17,146 nt of DNA from Myxococcota bacterium (GCA_036337435.1 JAYZEG010000081.1:1-17146), one strand, 5' to 3'; positions 1 to 9,416 are shown, counted from the first letter of the stretch. Translations and numbers: made by a program. Notes: generated by a model from the sequence alone, not told the origin.

Positions 1-2
1 AG

Positions 3-236
3 AACCAAGACACGAGAGAATTCGACCTCCAAGTGAATATCGAAGGCGACCGAATTGACGTGGTTCGCCGAGTTTTGAATGAAGACTTCGTAGTTCGGAT
101 CGTCGCGTCAACCCCATTGCAACTCAGCATTGTCGATTGCGTCGGTCGCTGGAGTTGTGACATGGAAACAAGGCAATGTGGGTTGGAGTCGGCCGATGGT
201 GGCTGTACACCGGAATTCCAGGAGGTCAGCTGGTGA
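3..236 (+). CDS. Hypothetical protein, 3' part only (frame open from the window edge), four Cys near the C-terminus
   Basis: Frame 3 is open from position 3 (NQDTREFDLQVNIEG...EVSW*). Its TGA overlaps the GTG start of the next gene (GTGA 233-236), typical of translational coupling. Confidence 0.65.
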   Translation, partial: NQDTREFDLQVNIEGDRIDVVRRVLNEDFVVRIVASTPLQLSIVDCVGRWSCDMETRQCGLESADGGCTPEFQEVSW

Positions 237-1045
237 AGGGTAAATCCATCAAGTTCAGCCTCGTATTCAGTGTGCTCTTATTGGCTGCACCAGCGACAGC
301 GCGACTCTCCGTTGACGCGCCGCGAGTTGATGACACCGCCTACATTTTGCGCCATCTCGATTGGCGGCTTGGACTCCTGTCGGCCGACGTCGGTCTCTAT
401 GACCGTGTACAGGTTGGCACGGCCTATACGCCTGTCCTCCTCGGAATTAATAATATTAATCTAAAGGTGAAACTGGGCCAAGCCGGTCCGACAACCGTCT
501 CTGCGTCCGGCAGTTTTTACACAGCCAACCCAAGGAATTATTCCGATGACAACCCGGACACACCCGTTCATTTCTATACGGGTGCACTTCACGCGAGCTA
601 CCGACGGGGTAACCTGACCTACAGTCTCACGGCCCTCACGTCACATCTCACAGTCCAACAAAACACCAGCTCTACTGAAGAAGATGTGGACCTTCGTGGG
701 GCACTCACCGGTACGACAGGGTCTGCAAACCTAAATCTTATTTGGCAACGAAGCGACACCTTCGCCTATGTATTCGATGGCTACGCGACCCTCTTTCAGC
801 GTGCCGCTGGGCAAGCGGACAGCAGCAACAGGATTTCAGACCGATTATCGATAAGCACCTACGGTTCGGGGACGGTCTCTGAGGGGGCCGGGCGATACAA
901 TGCTGCAGCCTCCGCGCTTTGGAGTTGGGACCAATTCAATCTAAAGCTCGGCATGAGCTACGGCCACATCCGCCTCCCTTTAATCAATGTTTTCCTCAAT
1001 AGTGTCGGATGGACGCCCGTGATCGACCTCTTCTGGCGCTTCTAG
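233..1045 (+). CDS. Exported protein, probable outer-membrane beta-barrel
   Basis: GGAGG at 221-225 precedes GTG 233. The N-terminus MKGKSIKFSLVFSVLLLAAPATA looks like a signal peptide. The protein has alternating strand-like segments and ends in a beta-signal-like VIDLFWRF with terminal Phe. The track start at 176 looks too long. Confidence 0.7.
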   Translation: MKGKSIKFSLVFSVLLLAAPATARLSVDAPRVDDTAYILRHLDWRLGLLSADVGLYDRVQVGTAYTPVLLGINNINLKVKLGQAGPTTVSASGSFYTANPRNYSDDNPDTPVHFYTGALHASYRRGNLTYSLTALTSHLTVQQNTSSTEEDVDLRGALTGTTGSANLNLIWQRSDTFAYVFDGYATLFQRAAGQADSSNRISDRLSISTYGSGTVSEGAGRYNAAASALWSWDQFNLKLGMSYGHIRLPLINVFLNSVGWTPVIDLFWRF

Positions 1046-1052
1046 CCCGGCA

Positions 1053-1820
1053 TCAGGCCAAGAGCAATTCGATGGGACAGTGGTCAGACCCCATCACTTG
1101 GTCATGAATAGCCGCCGTCGAGACCCTCGGCCACAACCCTTCGGACACAAAGTGGTAATCAATGCGCCAGCCAATATTGCGCTCGCGAACGCCTACACGA
1201 TTCGACCACCATGTGTAGCGGTCAGCAAGGTCTGGGTTCAGCCGGCGAAAAACATCGACATACCCGGCATCACAAAACTCGGTGATCAACGCACGTTCAA
1301 AGTCCGTAAAGCCGGAGGTTTTTCGATTTGTCTTCCAGTTTCTGATGTCTATCTCATGGTGAGCGGTATTCCAATCACCACAAATGATAACCTCTTGTCC
1401 CTGAGCCCGTTCTGTCTCGGCTAGAGTGAGCATCGAGCGATAAAACTCCGTTTTATAGGGTAGTCGTGCATGGTCCCGCTGGCCATTGGGAAAGTAGGCA
1501 TTAATCAAGGTAAGACCATCCCACTTACTCTGCACAACGCGTCCTTCCCGGTCAAACTCTGGAATCCCCATACCGATGACTGACGCGTGCGGTGCAGCCC
1601 GGCAAAAGGTTGCAACACCGCTGTACCCTTTTTTTTCCGCTTTTGCCCAAACGACATCATACCCGTGTTCGAATAGCAGGTCTGCATCGAGTTGTTCAGG
1701 CCACGCTTTGGTCTCTTGCACGCAAAGGACATCTGGTTTTTCACGCTCTATGAGCGAAAGAAACGCCCCTTTCCGATGACATGCTCTAATGCCATTGACA
1801 TTCCAAGAGATGAGTTTCAT
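1053..1820 (-). CDS. xth: Exodeoxyribonuclease III (AP endonuclease, Xth/ExoA family)
   Basis: Motifs MKLISWNVNGIRA, DVLCVQETK, GYSGVA, YFPNG, GDWNTAH, YTWWS, GWRIDY and GSDHCP. The start is placed at ATG 1820, which has an upstream GGAG and matches the family N-terminus. Confidence 0.96.
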   Translation of the reverse strand: MKLISWNVNGIRACHRKGAFLSLIEREKPDVLCVQETKAWPEQLDADLLFEHGYDVVWAKAEKKGYSGVATFCRAAPHASVIGMGIPEFDREGRVVQSKWDGLTLINAYFPNGQRDHARLPYKTEFYRSMLTLAETERAQGQEVIICGDWNTAHHEIDIRNWKTNRKTSGFTDFERALITEFCDAGYVDVFRRLNPDLADRYTWWSNRVGVRERNIGWRIDYHFVSEGLWPRVSTAAIHDQVMGSDHCPIELLLA

Positions 1821-1892
1821 ATGCCCGCACACTCCAAGTTGTTTCTGTTGATATGCCGAGTAAACACCAGCATGACCTGATTGAGTAGGACT

Positions 1893-1922
1893 ATCGACAT
1901 CGACATCGACATCACCATCACA
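1893..1922. repeat. Short hexamer tandem repeat: (ATCGAC)x3 plus two degenerate units (ATCACC, ATCACA)
   Basis: Read directly: atcgac atcgac atcgac atcacc atcaca. Confidence 0.6.
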
Positions 1923-2154
1923 CACCCTTCTGATTACCTCGAACCTGAACGGCGAACCGCCTTAAAAGGTACGTGCCGATGCGGCTACTGCCTTTCGTCG
2001 TCTAAAATATGAGCAACAATGGGCTCCACCTCACGATGCAACATTCCAGGTCGATGATGACACTGATTGCAAGTGACACATCACCATCACCAATCCAAGG
2101 TCGAACGCCACAATCAGCGAGACCTCGTAAGCCTGGTTTAGGACGCACTGTGTA

Positions 2155-2299
2155 CTCTTCAGCAACGGAGGCAATGCCACCGCGATGGGTTTATTGGAGC
2201 AGAAGCCCCCGAGTGCAAAGGATGTCATCACAGCGGTCCGGGGGGCCGGCACTCCTGGCCATCGCCCAAATGTCTCCCTGCGTTTCCCGTCGTGGAGAG
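2155..2299. ncRNA. Candidate structured RNA (long irregular rod-like hairpin); family and strand not identified
   Basis: Nested complementary segments share an axis near 2225: 2155-2161/2293-2299, 2165-2168/2287-2290, 2182-2188/2259-2265, 2196-2199/2252-2255, 2205-2210/2241-2246. It lies in a 659-bp region with no credible ORF. Confidence 0.35.
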
Positions 2300-2479
2300 A
2301 CCAACCACCTGCATGGCATACCTCGTCGAACACCTTGCCCAACAACAAAATAATTGGTGCAGCCACACCACGAACTTGCCGTGAACATATCTGCTTTGGT
2401 CAGCGCCGCAACTGCCCTTGTTATGAGAGCCGATTCGAGCTAGCTTTTGACGTCCATCAGTTTGTGGAGTCGTGTCATC

Positions 2480-3976
2480 ATGTTCGAGCGCGTCCTTGTA
2501 GCCAACCGTGGCGAAATTGCAGTGCGGGTCATGCGCACACTGCGTGAAATGGGTATTTCGCCCATCGCCATTTATAGCGAAGCCGACCGGCACAGCTTAC
2601 ACGTGCGTATGGCCGATCAGGCTGTCTGCGTGGGCCCTGAGGCATCCAGTGCCAGTTACCTGGTTATCGATGCCGTGCTCGATGCAGCCCGCCGAACGGG
2701 TGCTCAGGCCATCCATCCGGGCTATGGCTTCTTAAGCGAAAATGCAGAGTTCGCAAAGCGGGTAATCGCCGCTGGAATAAGCTGGATTGGACCTCCACCG
2801 GCTGCCATTGAAGCGATGGGTGACAAGCTGATTGCGCGCCGAACCGTCGTCGCTGCCGGTGTGCCTGTCGTACCGGGCTTGTCTGAACCCATCACAGATC
2901 CAGACTCGGCTGCACAGTATGCATCTGAAATCGGCTTCCCCGTTATGCTCAAAGCATCCGCAGGCGGCGGTGGCAAAGGCATGCGGCTGGTACAAGACCC
3001 CGCAGACTTCCGGAAAGCACTAGACGCTGCCAAACGAGAAGCCGCGAGTGCATTCGGCAACGACGCCGTCTACCTTGAGAAATTTATTTCTGAGCCTCAC
3101 CATGTTGAAATTCAAATACTCTGCGATACCCACGGCAACGCCATTCATGTCGGGGAGCGGGAATGCTCGGTTCAACGGCGACATCAGAAAGTCATAGAAG
3201 AGGCACCCAGTCCGTTTATCACCGAGGAGACCCGCCAGAAAATGGGTCTGGTTGCCGTCGAGGCAGCAAAGGCGTGTCAGTACGTCGGCGCGGGTACGGT
3301 GGAATTCCTAGTCGGCGGCGATCAAGGGTTCTATTTCCTGGAGATGAATACACGTTTGCAAGTCGAGCATCCTGTCACGGAACTCGTCTACGGCGTCGAC
3401 TTGGTCGCCCAACAGGTGCGTGTTGCCGCGGGGCTGCCACTCAGTTTTACGCAGGCGGACCTTGTCCCAAGGGGTCATGCCTTGGAATGCAGGATCTACG
3501 CGGAGGATCCGGACACCTTCATGCCGTGCCCTGGCGACATTACAGCCCTTCAATGGCCCAGCGGGCCGGGCGTGAGGGTCGATGCGGGCGTCGATGTCCA
3601 TTCCGTTGTGCCCATGGCATACGACCCGATGATCGCGAAGATTTGCACATGGGCACCGACGCGAGAACATGCCATTCAGAGAATGCATAGAGTGCTGGAT
3701 GAAACGGTCATTCTTGGCCTTACGACCAATATTCCACTGCATCATCGGATTCTTGCTCAACCCGATTTTAAACGAGGGCGTTACGATACAAGCTTACTCA
3801 ACGGTGAGCTTCCGACTGTACAGAGGCTGGGTGAGCCTCACCAGGCAGATGCCATCGCAGCGGCAGCGATTGCGCGTTACGAAAATGACCTAGCGAGAAC
3901 ATCGGGCCAGGGTCTCGCGCCGGGCGGTGCAAGCCCCTGGCTGAGTCAAGGTCGTTCAACTCAGCTCGGAGGGTAA
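2480..3976 (+). CDS. accC: Biotin carboxylase subunit of an acyl-CoA (probably propionyl-CoA) carboxylase
   Basis: Motifs VLVANRGEIAVR, AIHPGYGFLSEN, KASAGGGGKGMR, ERECSVQRRHQK, FLEMNTRLQVEHPVTE and YDPMIAK. GGAG at 2466-2469 precedes ATG 2480. No fused biotinyl domain. Context next to the mutase suggests a PccA-like role. Confidence 0.93.
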   Translation: MFERVLVANRGEIAVRVMRTLREMGISPIAIYSEADRHSLHVRMADQAVCVGPEASSASYLVIDAVLDAARRTGAQAIHPGYGFLSENAEFAKRVIAAGISWIGPPPAAIEAMGDKLIARRTVVAAGVPVVPGLSEPITDPDSAAQYASEIGFPVMLKASAGGGGKGMRLVQDPADFRKALDAAKREAASAFGNDAVYLEKFISEPHHVEIQILCDTHGNAIHVGERECSVQRRHQKVIEEAPSPFITEETRQKMGLVAVEAAKACQYVGAGTVEFLVGGDQGFYFLEMNTRLQVEHPVTELVYGVDLVAQQVRVAAGLPLSFTQADLVPRGHALECRIYAEDPDTFMPCPGDITALQWPSGPGVRVDAGVDVHSVVPMAYDPMIAKICTWAPTREHAIQRMHRVLDETVILGLTTNIPLHHRILAQPDFKRGRYDTSLLNGELPTVQRLGEPHQADAIAAAAIARYENDLARTSGQGLAPGGASPWLSQGRSTQLGG

Positions 3977-3980
3977 TGAT

Positions 3981-4511
3981 TTGAGATACACAGTCGAAAT
4001 TGACAATGAACTGGTGCCTGTTGTGGTGCGCCCGGTCGGCACGGGCCGCTACGAGGTTCAGATCGGTGACCAGCCCGCCCGTCTCATGGACGCAGCAGTC
4101 CAGCAGGACTACGTTCACCTAATCGACGGCCTCAAAAGCTCAGCCGTCCAACTTGGAGATGGCGGTCAAACGGTTCAGGCACACCTGGATGGTGCAGTAC
4201 ACAAGCTCGCCGTCCTCGACAATCGTACAGCCCAGAGGCGTGCGCGCGAGCGTGATGCACAGCTCAGCGGCGGCGCGTCTATCATCCGGTCACCCATGCC
4301 AGGACGAATCGTCGCTGTGACCGTGTCGAAAGGCGACCGAGTGAGAACTGGCCAGGGGGTCATCATCGTTGAGGCCATGAAGATGGAAAATGAGCTTCGA
4401 GCAGAAATTGATGGATTGGTTGACGAGATTCACGTCAAACCCGACGACTTGGTCGAAGGGAATGCCACCCTGATCACCTTCGCACCATTGGGAGATGAGA
4501 CTCATGAGTAG
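3981..4511 (+). CDS. Biotin carboxyl carrier protein subunit (N-terminal linker domain plus biotinyl domain)
   Basis: SPMPGRIV...[10 protein letters not shown] biotinylation motif. TTG start lies 7 nt after GGAGGG (3968-3973). Confidence 0.92.
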   Translation: MRYTVEIDNELVPVVVRPVGTGRYEVQIGDQPARLMDAAVQQDYVHLIDGLKSSAVQLGDGGQTVQAHLDGAVHKLAVLDNRTAQRRARERDAQLSGGASIIRSPMPGRIVAVTVSKGDRVRTGQGVIIVEAMKMENELRAEIDGLVDEIHVKPDDLVEGNATLITFAPLGDETHE

Positions 4512-6150
4512 CGATCCGTTTCACAACTGGAAAGAGAGGTATCTAGACCCCGTAACTCAGAAATTCGGCACGCGTCGTGACACCTTCGAGACCAGCAGCG
4601 GCATTCCGGTAGGCCCCATTCAATATCGCCATCAAACCGACTCCGAGACCCGCTTAGGATTTCCCGGTGAATTTCCCTTTACACGGGGGGTTCAACCAAC
4701 CATGTACCGGAGCAAGTTCTGGACCATGCGGCAATATGCAGGTTTTGGCACCGCTGAAGAGTCCAACAAGCGCTATCGATATTTGCTCGAACAAGGGACA
4801 ACTGGTCTGAGTGTCGCCTTCGATTTACCAACTCAGATGGGCATGGACAGCGACGATCCAATGTGTCTCGGAGAGGTTGGCAAAGTGGGTGTTGCCATCG
4901 ATTCTATCGAAGATATGGAAACCCTATTCGACTCTATCCCACTGGATAAGATTTCCACGTCCATGACCATCAACTCATCGGCCAGTGTTCTCTTGGCTAT
5001 GTATTATAGCGTTGCACAAAAGCAAGGCGTCGATGGCAGTCAGATTCGCGGAACAATACAAAACGATCTGCTCAAGGAATATATTGCTCGCGGGACATAT
5101 ATTTATCCGCCGCGGCCATCGATGCGCATCATTACTGACATCTTTGACTGGTGCGCAAAGAACACGCCCAATTGGAATACAATCAGCATCAGTGGCTATC
5201 ATATTCGCGAAGCGGGAAGCACTGCGGCCCAGGAGCTGGCGTTTACGCTTGCGGATGGAATAGCTTACGTCGAAGCGGCGTTGGAGTGCGGCCTTGATGT
5301 AGACCAGTTTGGCCGCCGTTTGAGCTTTTTCTTTAATGCTCACAATCACTTCCTAGAGGAGATTGCAAAATTCCGGGCCGCAAGACGGATGTGGGCCAAC
5401 ATCATGAAATCACGATTCGGCGCCACCACTGACCGAGCGTGTAAGCTTCGGTTCCATACCCAAACGGGTGGCAGTACTTTGACCGCCCAACAGGTCGATA
5501 ACAACGTCGTCCGAGTCACTCTCCAGGCCCTCGCCGCAGTTATGGGCGGTACGCAAAGCCTTCATACGAACGGCAGAGATGAAGCGTTAGGCTTGCCCAC
5601 ACCCGAGGCTGCGAAGCTCGCTTTAAGAACCCAACAGGTCATCGCCCACGAAAGCGGCGTTGCAGATTTCGTCGACCCTTTCGCGGGGAGCTTTGCAATC
5701 GAGCAACTCACTGATGAGCTTGAAGCCAAAGCCTACGAATACATCAAAAAAATAGACGAACTCGGCGGTATGATTTCAGCCATCGAAGCTGGTTACGTCC
5801 AACGCGAAATCCAAGATTCTGCTTATCGAGCCCAACTCGCGATTGAAAGCCGGGAGCAAGTCATCGTTGGTATGAACCAATTTACCGAGACTGAGAGCGT
5901 GGACAACGACGTGCTTAAAATCGATCCGGTTTTGGAGCAACAACAAGTAGAGCGTGTCAGAGCCTGGCGAATCAAGCGATCAGACGGCGTCTTGGAGCAC
6001 CATCAGGCAAGGCTCATCGACGGAGCGCGAGGCAGCGAAAACCTCATGGGCCTCATCGTCGATGCCGTTCAGGCTGGACTGACTGTTGGTGAAATCTGTG
6101 GTGCCATGAAGAGTGTATTTGGCCGCTACGTCGAGCCAGTGATTATCTGA
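4504..6150 (+). CDS. Methylmalonyl-CoA mutase, substrate-binding large subunit without a B12-binding domain
   Basis: Motifs [55 protein letters not shown] and GGTQSLHTN. It ends without a DxHxxG domain. GGAG at 4491-4494 favours ATG 4504 over 4495; the start overlaps the upstream gene end. Confidence 0.95.
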   Translation: MSSDPFHNWKERYLDPVTQKFGTRRDTFETSSGIPVGPIQYRHQTDSETRLGFPGEFPFTRGVQPTMYRSKFWTMRQYAGFGTAEESNKRYRYLLEQGTTGLSVAFDLPTQMGMDSDDPMCLGEVGKVGVAIDSIEDMETLFDSIPLDKISTSMTINSSASVLLAMYYSVAQKQGVDGSQIRGTIQNDLLKEYIARGTYIYPPRPSMRIITDIFDWCAKNTPNWNTISISGYHIREAGSTAAQELAFTLADGIAYVEAALECGLDVDQFGRRLSFFFNAHNHFLEEIAKFRAARRMWANIMKSRFGATTDRACKLRFHTQTGGSTLTAQQVDNNVVRVTLQALAAVMGGTQSLHTNGRDEALGLPTPEAAKLALRTQQVIAHESGVADFVDPFAGSFAIEQLTDELEAKAYEYIKKIDELGGMISAIEAGYVQREIQDSAYRAQLAIESREQVIVGMNQFTETESVDNDVLKIDPVLEQQQVERVRAWRIKRSDGVLEHHQARLIDGARGSENLMGLIVDAVQAGLTVGEICGAMKSVFGRYVEPVII

Positions 6151-6155
6151 TACCA

Positions 6156-6947
6156 TTAATTGGTCGGCCGTTGGCCCGAACTGCCGACAGAGCCTACGAA
6201 GGGGTTCCGATTCCCTTGTATCGCTTCAATGTGTCGGACACGTTTAAACTCCCAGGGACTGACCGGGTCTTGACGATCCCACAGCGTCAGTAACGGGCGA
6301 TTTTTTTTCGAGATAATCCCGGTGCCCGGATAAGCCCATGCCATATAGAGATAACTCCGAGCGATGTCACCGCGGATCTCGGGACGCGGCTCTATTTTAC
6401 GATTTATGATTTCGATATCGCACCCACCATAATGGCGCACCTCTCCTGGGATCATCGCCATGCTATAATTCGACCGATCTGCGTTGACCTCACCAACGGC
6501 GGGCTGAAGATTGAACATGTCAGCTTCCATCAGTCGAAAGTTTCGGGACACCTTCCGCAGACAATTGCGGCCTTTGAATCGAGTGCCGTCCTTGCGCGTA
6601 CAACGCCCATCGCCTTCACGCCACGCCTTGAAGGACTGTCCAAATGCATGGGCAGGGACAACATGCTCGATCTCCGTGCGCGCAGCACGCTTCATGTTTT
6701 TTCGGACCCGATAATCACATGACTGGTGGTCAACAACCCGACCCGAATATTTGCAATCGCAATAGAAAGTGGCCGGCCGCTCTGCGAATAACCGGTAGAT
6801 GTGCTTCTTAGCCTTTGAGAAAGAGTCGATCTTCGTATTACCGCGTCGCTGTTGCTGTGCCGGCGTGCATTGGCACAGGAATACGCAAAAAATAAGGACC
6901 AACCTCGCCAATTTTAAAAGTGCTCCCAAACCCTTGCAAGAGTCCAC
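6156..6947 (-). CDS. endA: Endonuclease I (EndA/Vvn family), exported, possibly a lipoprotein
   Basis: Motifs SFSKAK, TFYCDC, EIEHVVPAHAFGQ, EADMFNLQPAVGEVNADRSN, RGDIAR and QGNRNPFV, with a hydrophobic N-terminus. The start is uncertain (GTG 6947, or TTG 6911 after a GGAG). Confidence 0.92.
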   Translation of the reverse strand: MDSCKGLGALLKLARLVLIFCVFLCQCTPAQQQRRGNTKIDSFSKAKKHIYRLFAERPATFYCDCKYSGRVVDHQSCDYRVRKNMKRAARTEIEHVVPAHAFGQSFKAWREGDGRCTRKDGTRFKGRNCLRKVSRNFRLMEADMFNLQPAVGEVNADRSNYSMAMIPGEVRHYGGCDIEIINRKIEPRPEIRGDIARSYLYMAWAYPGTGIISKKNRPLLTLWDRQDPVSPWEFKRVRHIEAIQGNRNPFVGSVGSSGQRPTN

Positions 6948-7027
6948 AAACCATAGGCCTTTCTGGTATCGGTGTCATCTGTTGAAGAGCTATTTATTCC
7001 GTTCGATTTCCGTAGTATGGTCAGGCC

Positions 7028-7666
7028 ATGGTTAAGAAAACTGAAAAACGCAAGCCCGGTCGACCGAGCAATCCAGTTGGCAGACCGAAATTGATCGAAA
7101 TTGCACGCGGTGTATTTGCCAGTGCGGGATACGCTGGTGCGAGTTTAAGTCGCATCGCTGAAGCTGCGGGTATTCGGAAGGCGTCACTTTATCACCACTT
7201 CGATACCAAGGAAGCTCTGTATCTCGCTGTGATGGACAATGTCATCTCTGATCTGCAGGCTGTCTTCATCGAGGCTGTATCCGCCAAAGGCAGCTTTGAG
7301 GCCCGACTTGATGAAGCAGCCGAAGCCGCCATCAGTTATTTGGGCAGGCAGCCAGATGCCGCGAAAATTGTACTGCGTGAGATGGTTGATGGTGGTCCTT
7401 TCGTCCAGGCTCACGGTGCCCAAGCTATTAACCTGACACTTGCTGTGGCTGCCCAATTTTTTGAATCTGGGATGGATGCCGGAGTCTTTAGACGGCAAGA
7501 TCCGCTGCAACTCACGCTGGCCATTTCTGGCATGTGCCTGTTTGGCTTCGCGGGCGAACGCGTATCACAGCGTCTCCTCCAAAGTGGCCACGATGACTCG
7601 CTATCCACCAACGATCGAGTATTGTTTCTAAAACAACAGGTCCAACAGATGGCAAAGGGTGCTTAG
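7028..7666 (+). CDS. TetR/AcrR family transcriptional regulator
   Basis: N-terminal HTH signature GRP...ARGVFASAGYAGASLSRIAEAAGIRKASLYHHFDTKEALY; 212 aa. Confidence 0.93.
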   Translation: MVKKTEKRKPGRPSNPVGRPKLIEIARGVFASAGYAGASLSRIAEAAGIRKASLYHHFDTKEALYLAVMDNVISDLQAVFIEAVSAKGSFEARLDEAAEAAISYLGRQPDAAKIVLREMVDGGPFVQAHGAQAINLTLAVAAQFFESGMDAGVFRRQDPLQLTLAISGMCLFGFAGERVSQRLLQSGHDDSLSTNDRVLFLKQQVQQMAKGA

Positions 7667-7694
7667 GAGCCTACCGACAGCCGAAGGAGCAGCC

Positions 7695-9416
7695 GTGCGA
7701 ATTCTTGTCCCGACGATCGCGCTCATCCTGTCTGCTTGTGGACACGATTCAACCCGCTTAGATGATGGACCTATGGATGCACAGCCCCAGCCGCGTCAGG
7801 ATGGGTCAATGGACTCGGCCCTGCAGGCTCGTTTGGATTCTGGCGATGATGCCACGGTGCCCGATAGTCACAATCGAGCAGATGCAAATGTATCATTGGA
7901 TGCAGAAGTCGCAGACAGCGGGCTAAGTGCGTCTGATTTGGGCCTCAGAGACCAAGCTGTACTGCCCAATCTGGATTGGCACCTGGATGGTGCCACCCAA
8001 CCAGATTCGTCGATACGGATAGATATGGGGGTCGACTTCGGTTTGATGTCTGATGCAGCCCACATCCCAGAGGATGCGATCATTGCTATGGACGCACAGC
8101 TCGAGGATGTTCCACCGTTGCCGATTTGTGGTAACGGCATCCAAGAAGCTGATGAAGATTGCGATGATGGCAACCAGAATCAGAGGGATCGTTGTACCAA
8201 TGAGTGTCGTTTTAACATTCCCTGCCCTGGTCCTGTCCCCGCCTGTTTAGACAGGGACGATTGGGCACCAAATCTGGATGAGCATCATATGGTGCCCCAG
8301 CACCGTTGCGCATTCCGACTCAACGCACCGTCCGCCGATGCTTGGGACGATGGCCATGATTTAATCAATCGACTGGCCGATGCCATCGGCAACCGCCGCA
8401 ATATCTCAGGTGTCCTCAATGACTTAAATCGTGAGGGTCGCTTCGGTGTGACGAACCAAACAGCGACTCGCTTGCGCAACCACGATTATGTTGGTTTTGT
8501 ATGGAATAATGGAGACATGGACGTCTCCTATTGGTATCCGCAAGGGATTACAGGCACAAGCGATGCCTATGATAATGGGCGTCTTAACGGTCGACGCTTA
8601 ATCATGGTGTCCTGGTACCATCGGACCGACAACCGACCGACCAAGGGAGCACGAATCTCTCTGGTCGATTTAACCAATCCGAACGATATTCGTTATCGAC
8701 ATCTACTTCTGGTCCGTCCAATCGCATTTCCCGGCGGAGTCGACTATCGCGCGGTCCGCTACGACCATGGCGACAACGACGCGTTGCACGCAGGCGGCAT
8801 CGTTTGGCTTGGCAATCATCTTTACGTAGCCGATACCCGTGTCGGCATGCGAGTGTTCGACCTGAACAATATTATGAGAGTGAGTCTTACTGACGATTCA
8901 GACCTGGTGGGGCTGAGCGACGACGGTTCAAGAGCACATAACTACAGATATATCGTGCCACAAATCGCACGTTATGAACTCACTGATGACTCTTGCGCTT
9001 ATTCATTCTCTGCGATTTCGTTAGACCGAAGCACCAACCCACCCACCATCCTCAGTGCCGAGTATCGTTCCTCGGATATCCAAAGTCGACTCGTTCATTG
9101 GCCGGTGGACATGAATAACCAACGCTTGATGGATATCGACGGCCGTGTGGATGGACGAGGAACGGTCATGGCCGCACAAACACGAGTCCAAGGCGCACTC
9201 AGCTGGCGCGGCGACTACTATATTTCATCGTCCAGTCAGTATCTGCGATTCGGACGGCTCTACCGAACCAGGCCTAATTTTGGAGAAAGCAGTATCAGTG
9301 CTTGGGTGTATGGCTGCGAGGACCTTTATTATGAGCGAGACACCAATCTCATTTGGACACCGGCCGAATTCCCCAATTTCAGAGACGTGGTCAGTATTCC
9401 ACTGAGAACGCCCTAG
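7695..9416 (+). CDS. Lipoprotein: Asp-rich linker, Myxococcus-type Cys-rich repeat (DUF4215-like), C-terminal beta-rich (propeller-like) domain
   Basis: AAGGAG precedes GTG 7695. Signal MRILVPTIALILSAC carries a lipobox. CGNGIQEADEDCDDGNQNQRDRCTNEC is the repeat. The C-terminal region has WYPQGIT, YRHLLLV and HAGGIVWLGNHLYVADT..GMRVFD. Confidence 0.8.
   Translation: MRILVPTIALILSACGHDSTRLDDGPMDAQPQPRQDGSMDSALQARLDSGDDATVPDSHNRADANVSLDAEVADSGLSASDLGLRDQAVLPNLDWHLDGATQPDSSIRIDMGVDFGLMSDAAHIPEDAIIAMDAQLEDVPPLPICGNGIQEADEDCDDGNQNQRDRCTNECRFNIPCPGPVPACLDRDDWAPNLDEHHMVPQHRCAFRLNAPSADAWDDGHDLINRLADAIGNRRNISGVLNDLNREGRFGVTNQTATRLRNHDYVGFVWNNGDMDVSYWYPQGITGTSDAYDNGRLNGRRLIMVSWYHRTDNRPTKGARISLVDLTNPNDIRYRHLLLVRPIAFPGGVDYRAVRYDHGDNDALHAGGIVWLGNHLYVADTRVGMRVFDLNNIMRVSLTDDSDLVGLSDDGSRAHNYRYIVPQIARYELTDDSCAYSFSAISLDRSTNPPTILSAEYRSSDIQSRLVHWPVDMNNQRLMDIDGRVDGRGTVMAAQTRVQGALSWRGDYYISSSSQYLRFGRLYRTRPNFGESSISAWVYGCEDLYYERDTNLIWTPAEFPNFRDVVSIPLRTP

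Noticed and set aside
1821..1925. 35-aa N-terminal extension of Xth
   Set aside because: The family begins at MKLISWNVNG, a GGAG precedes ATG 1820, and the extension is partly a repeat tract.
2395..2425. Cobalamin riboswitch ahead of the carboxylase-mutase operon (CGCCGCAACTG resembles part of the consensus)
   Set aside because: The other conserved blocks (GGGAA, GCCACTG, B12 box AGYCAGRANACC) are not visible in the right order.
2009..2593. Short ORFs in the xth/accC intergenic region (2009..2353, 2031..2366, 2185..2547, 2191..2388, 2228..2593)
   Set aside because: No recognisable motifs, mutually overlapping, and weak or badly spaced ribosome-binding sites. A small protein cannot be fully excluded.
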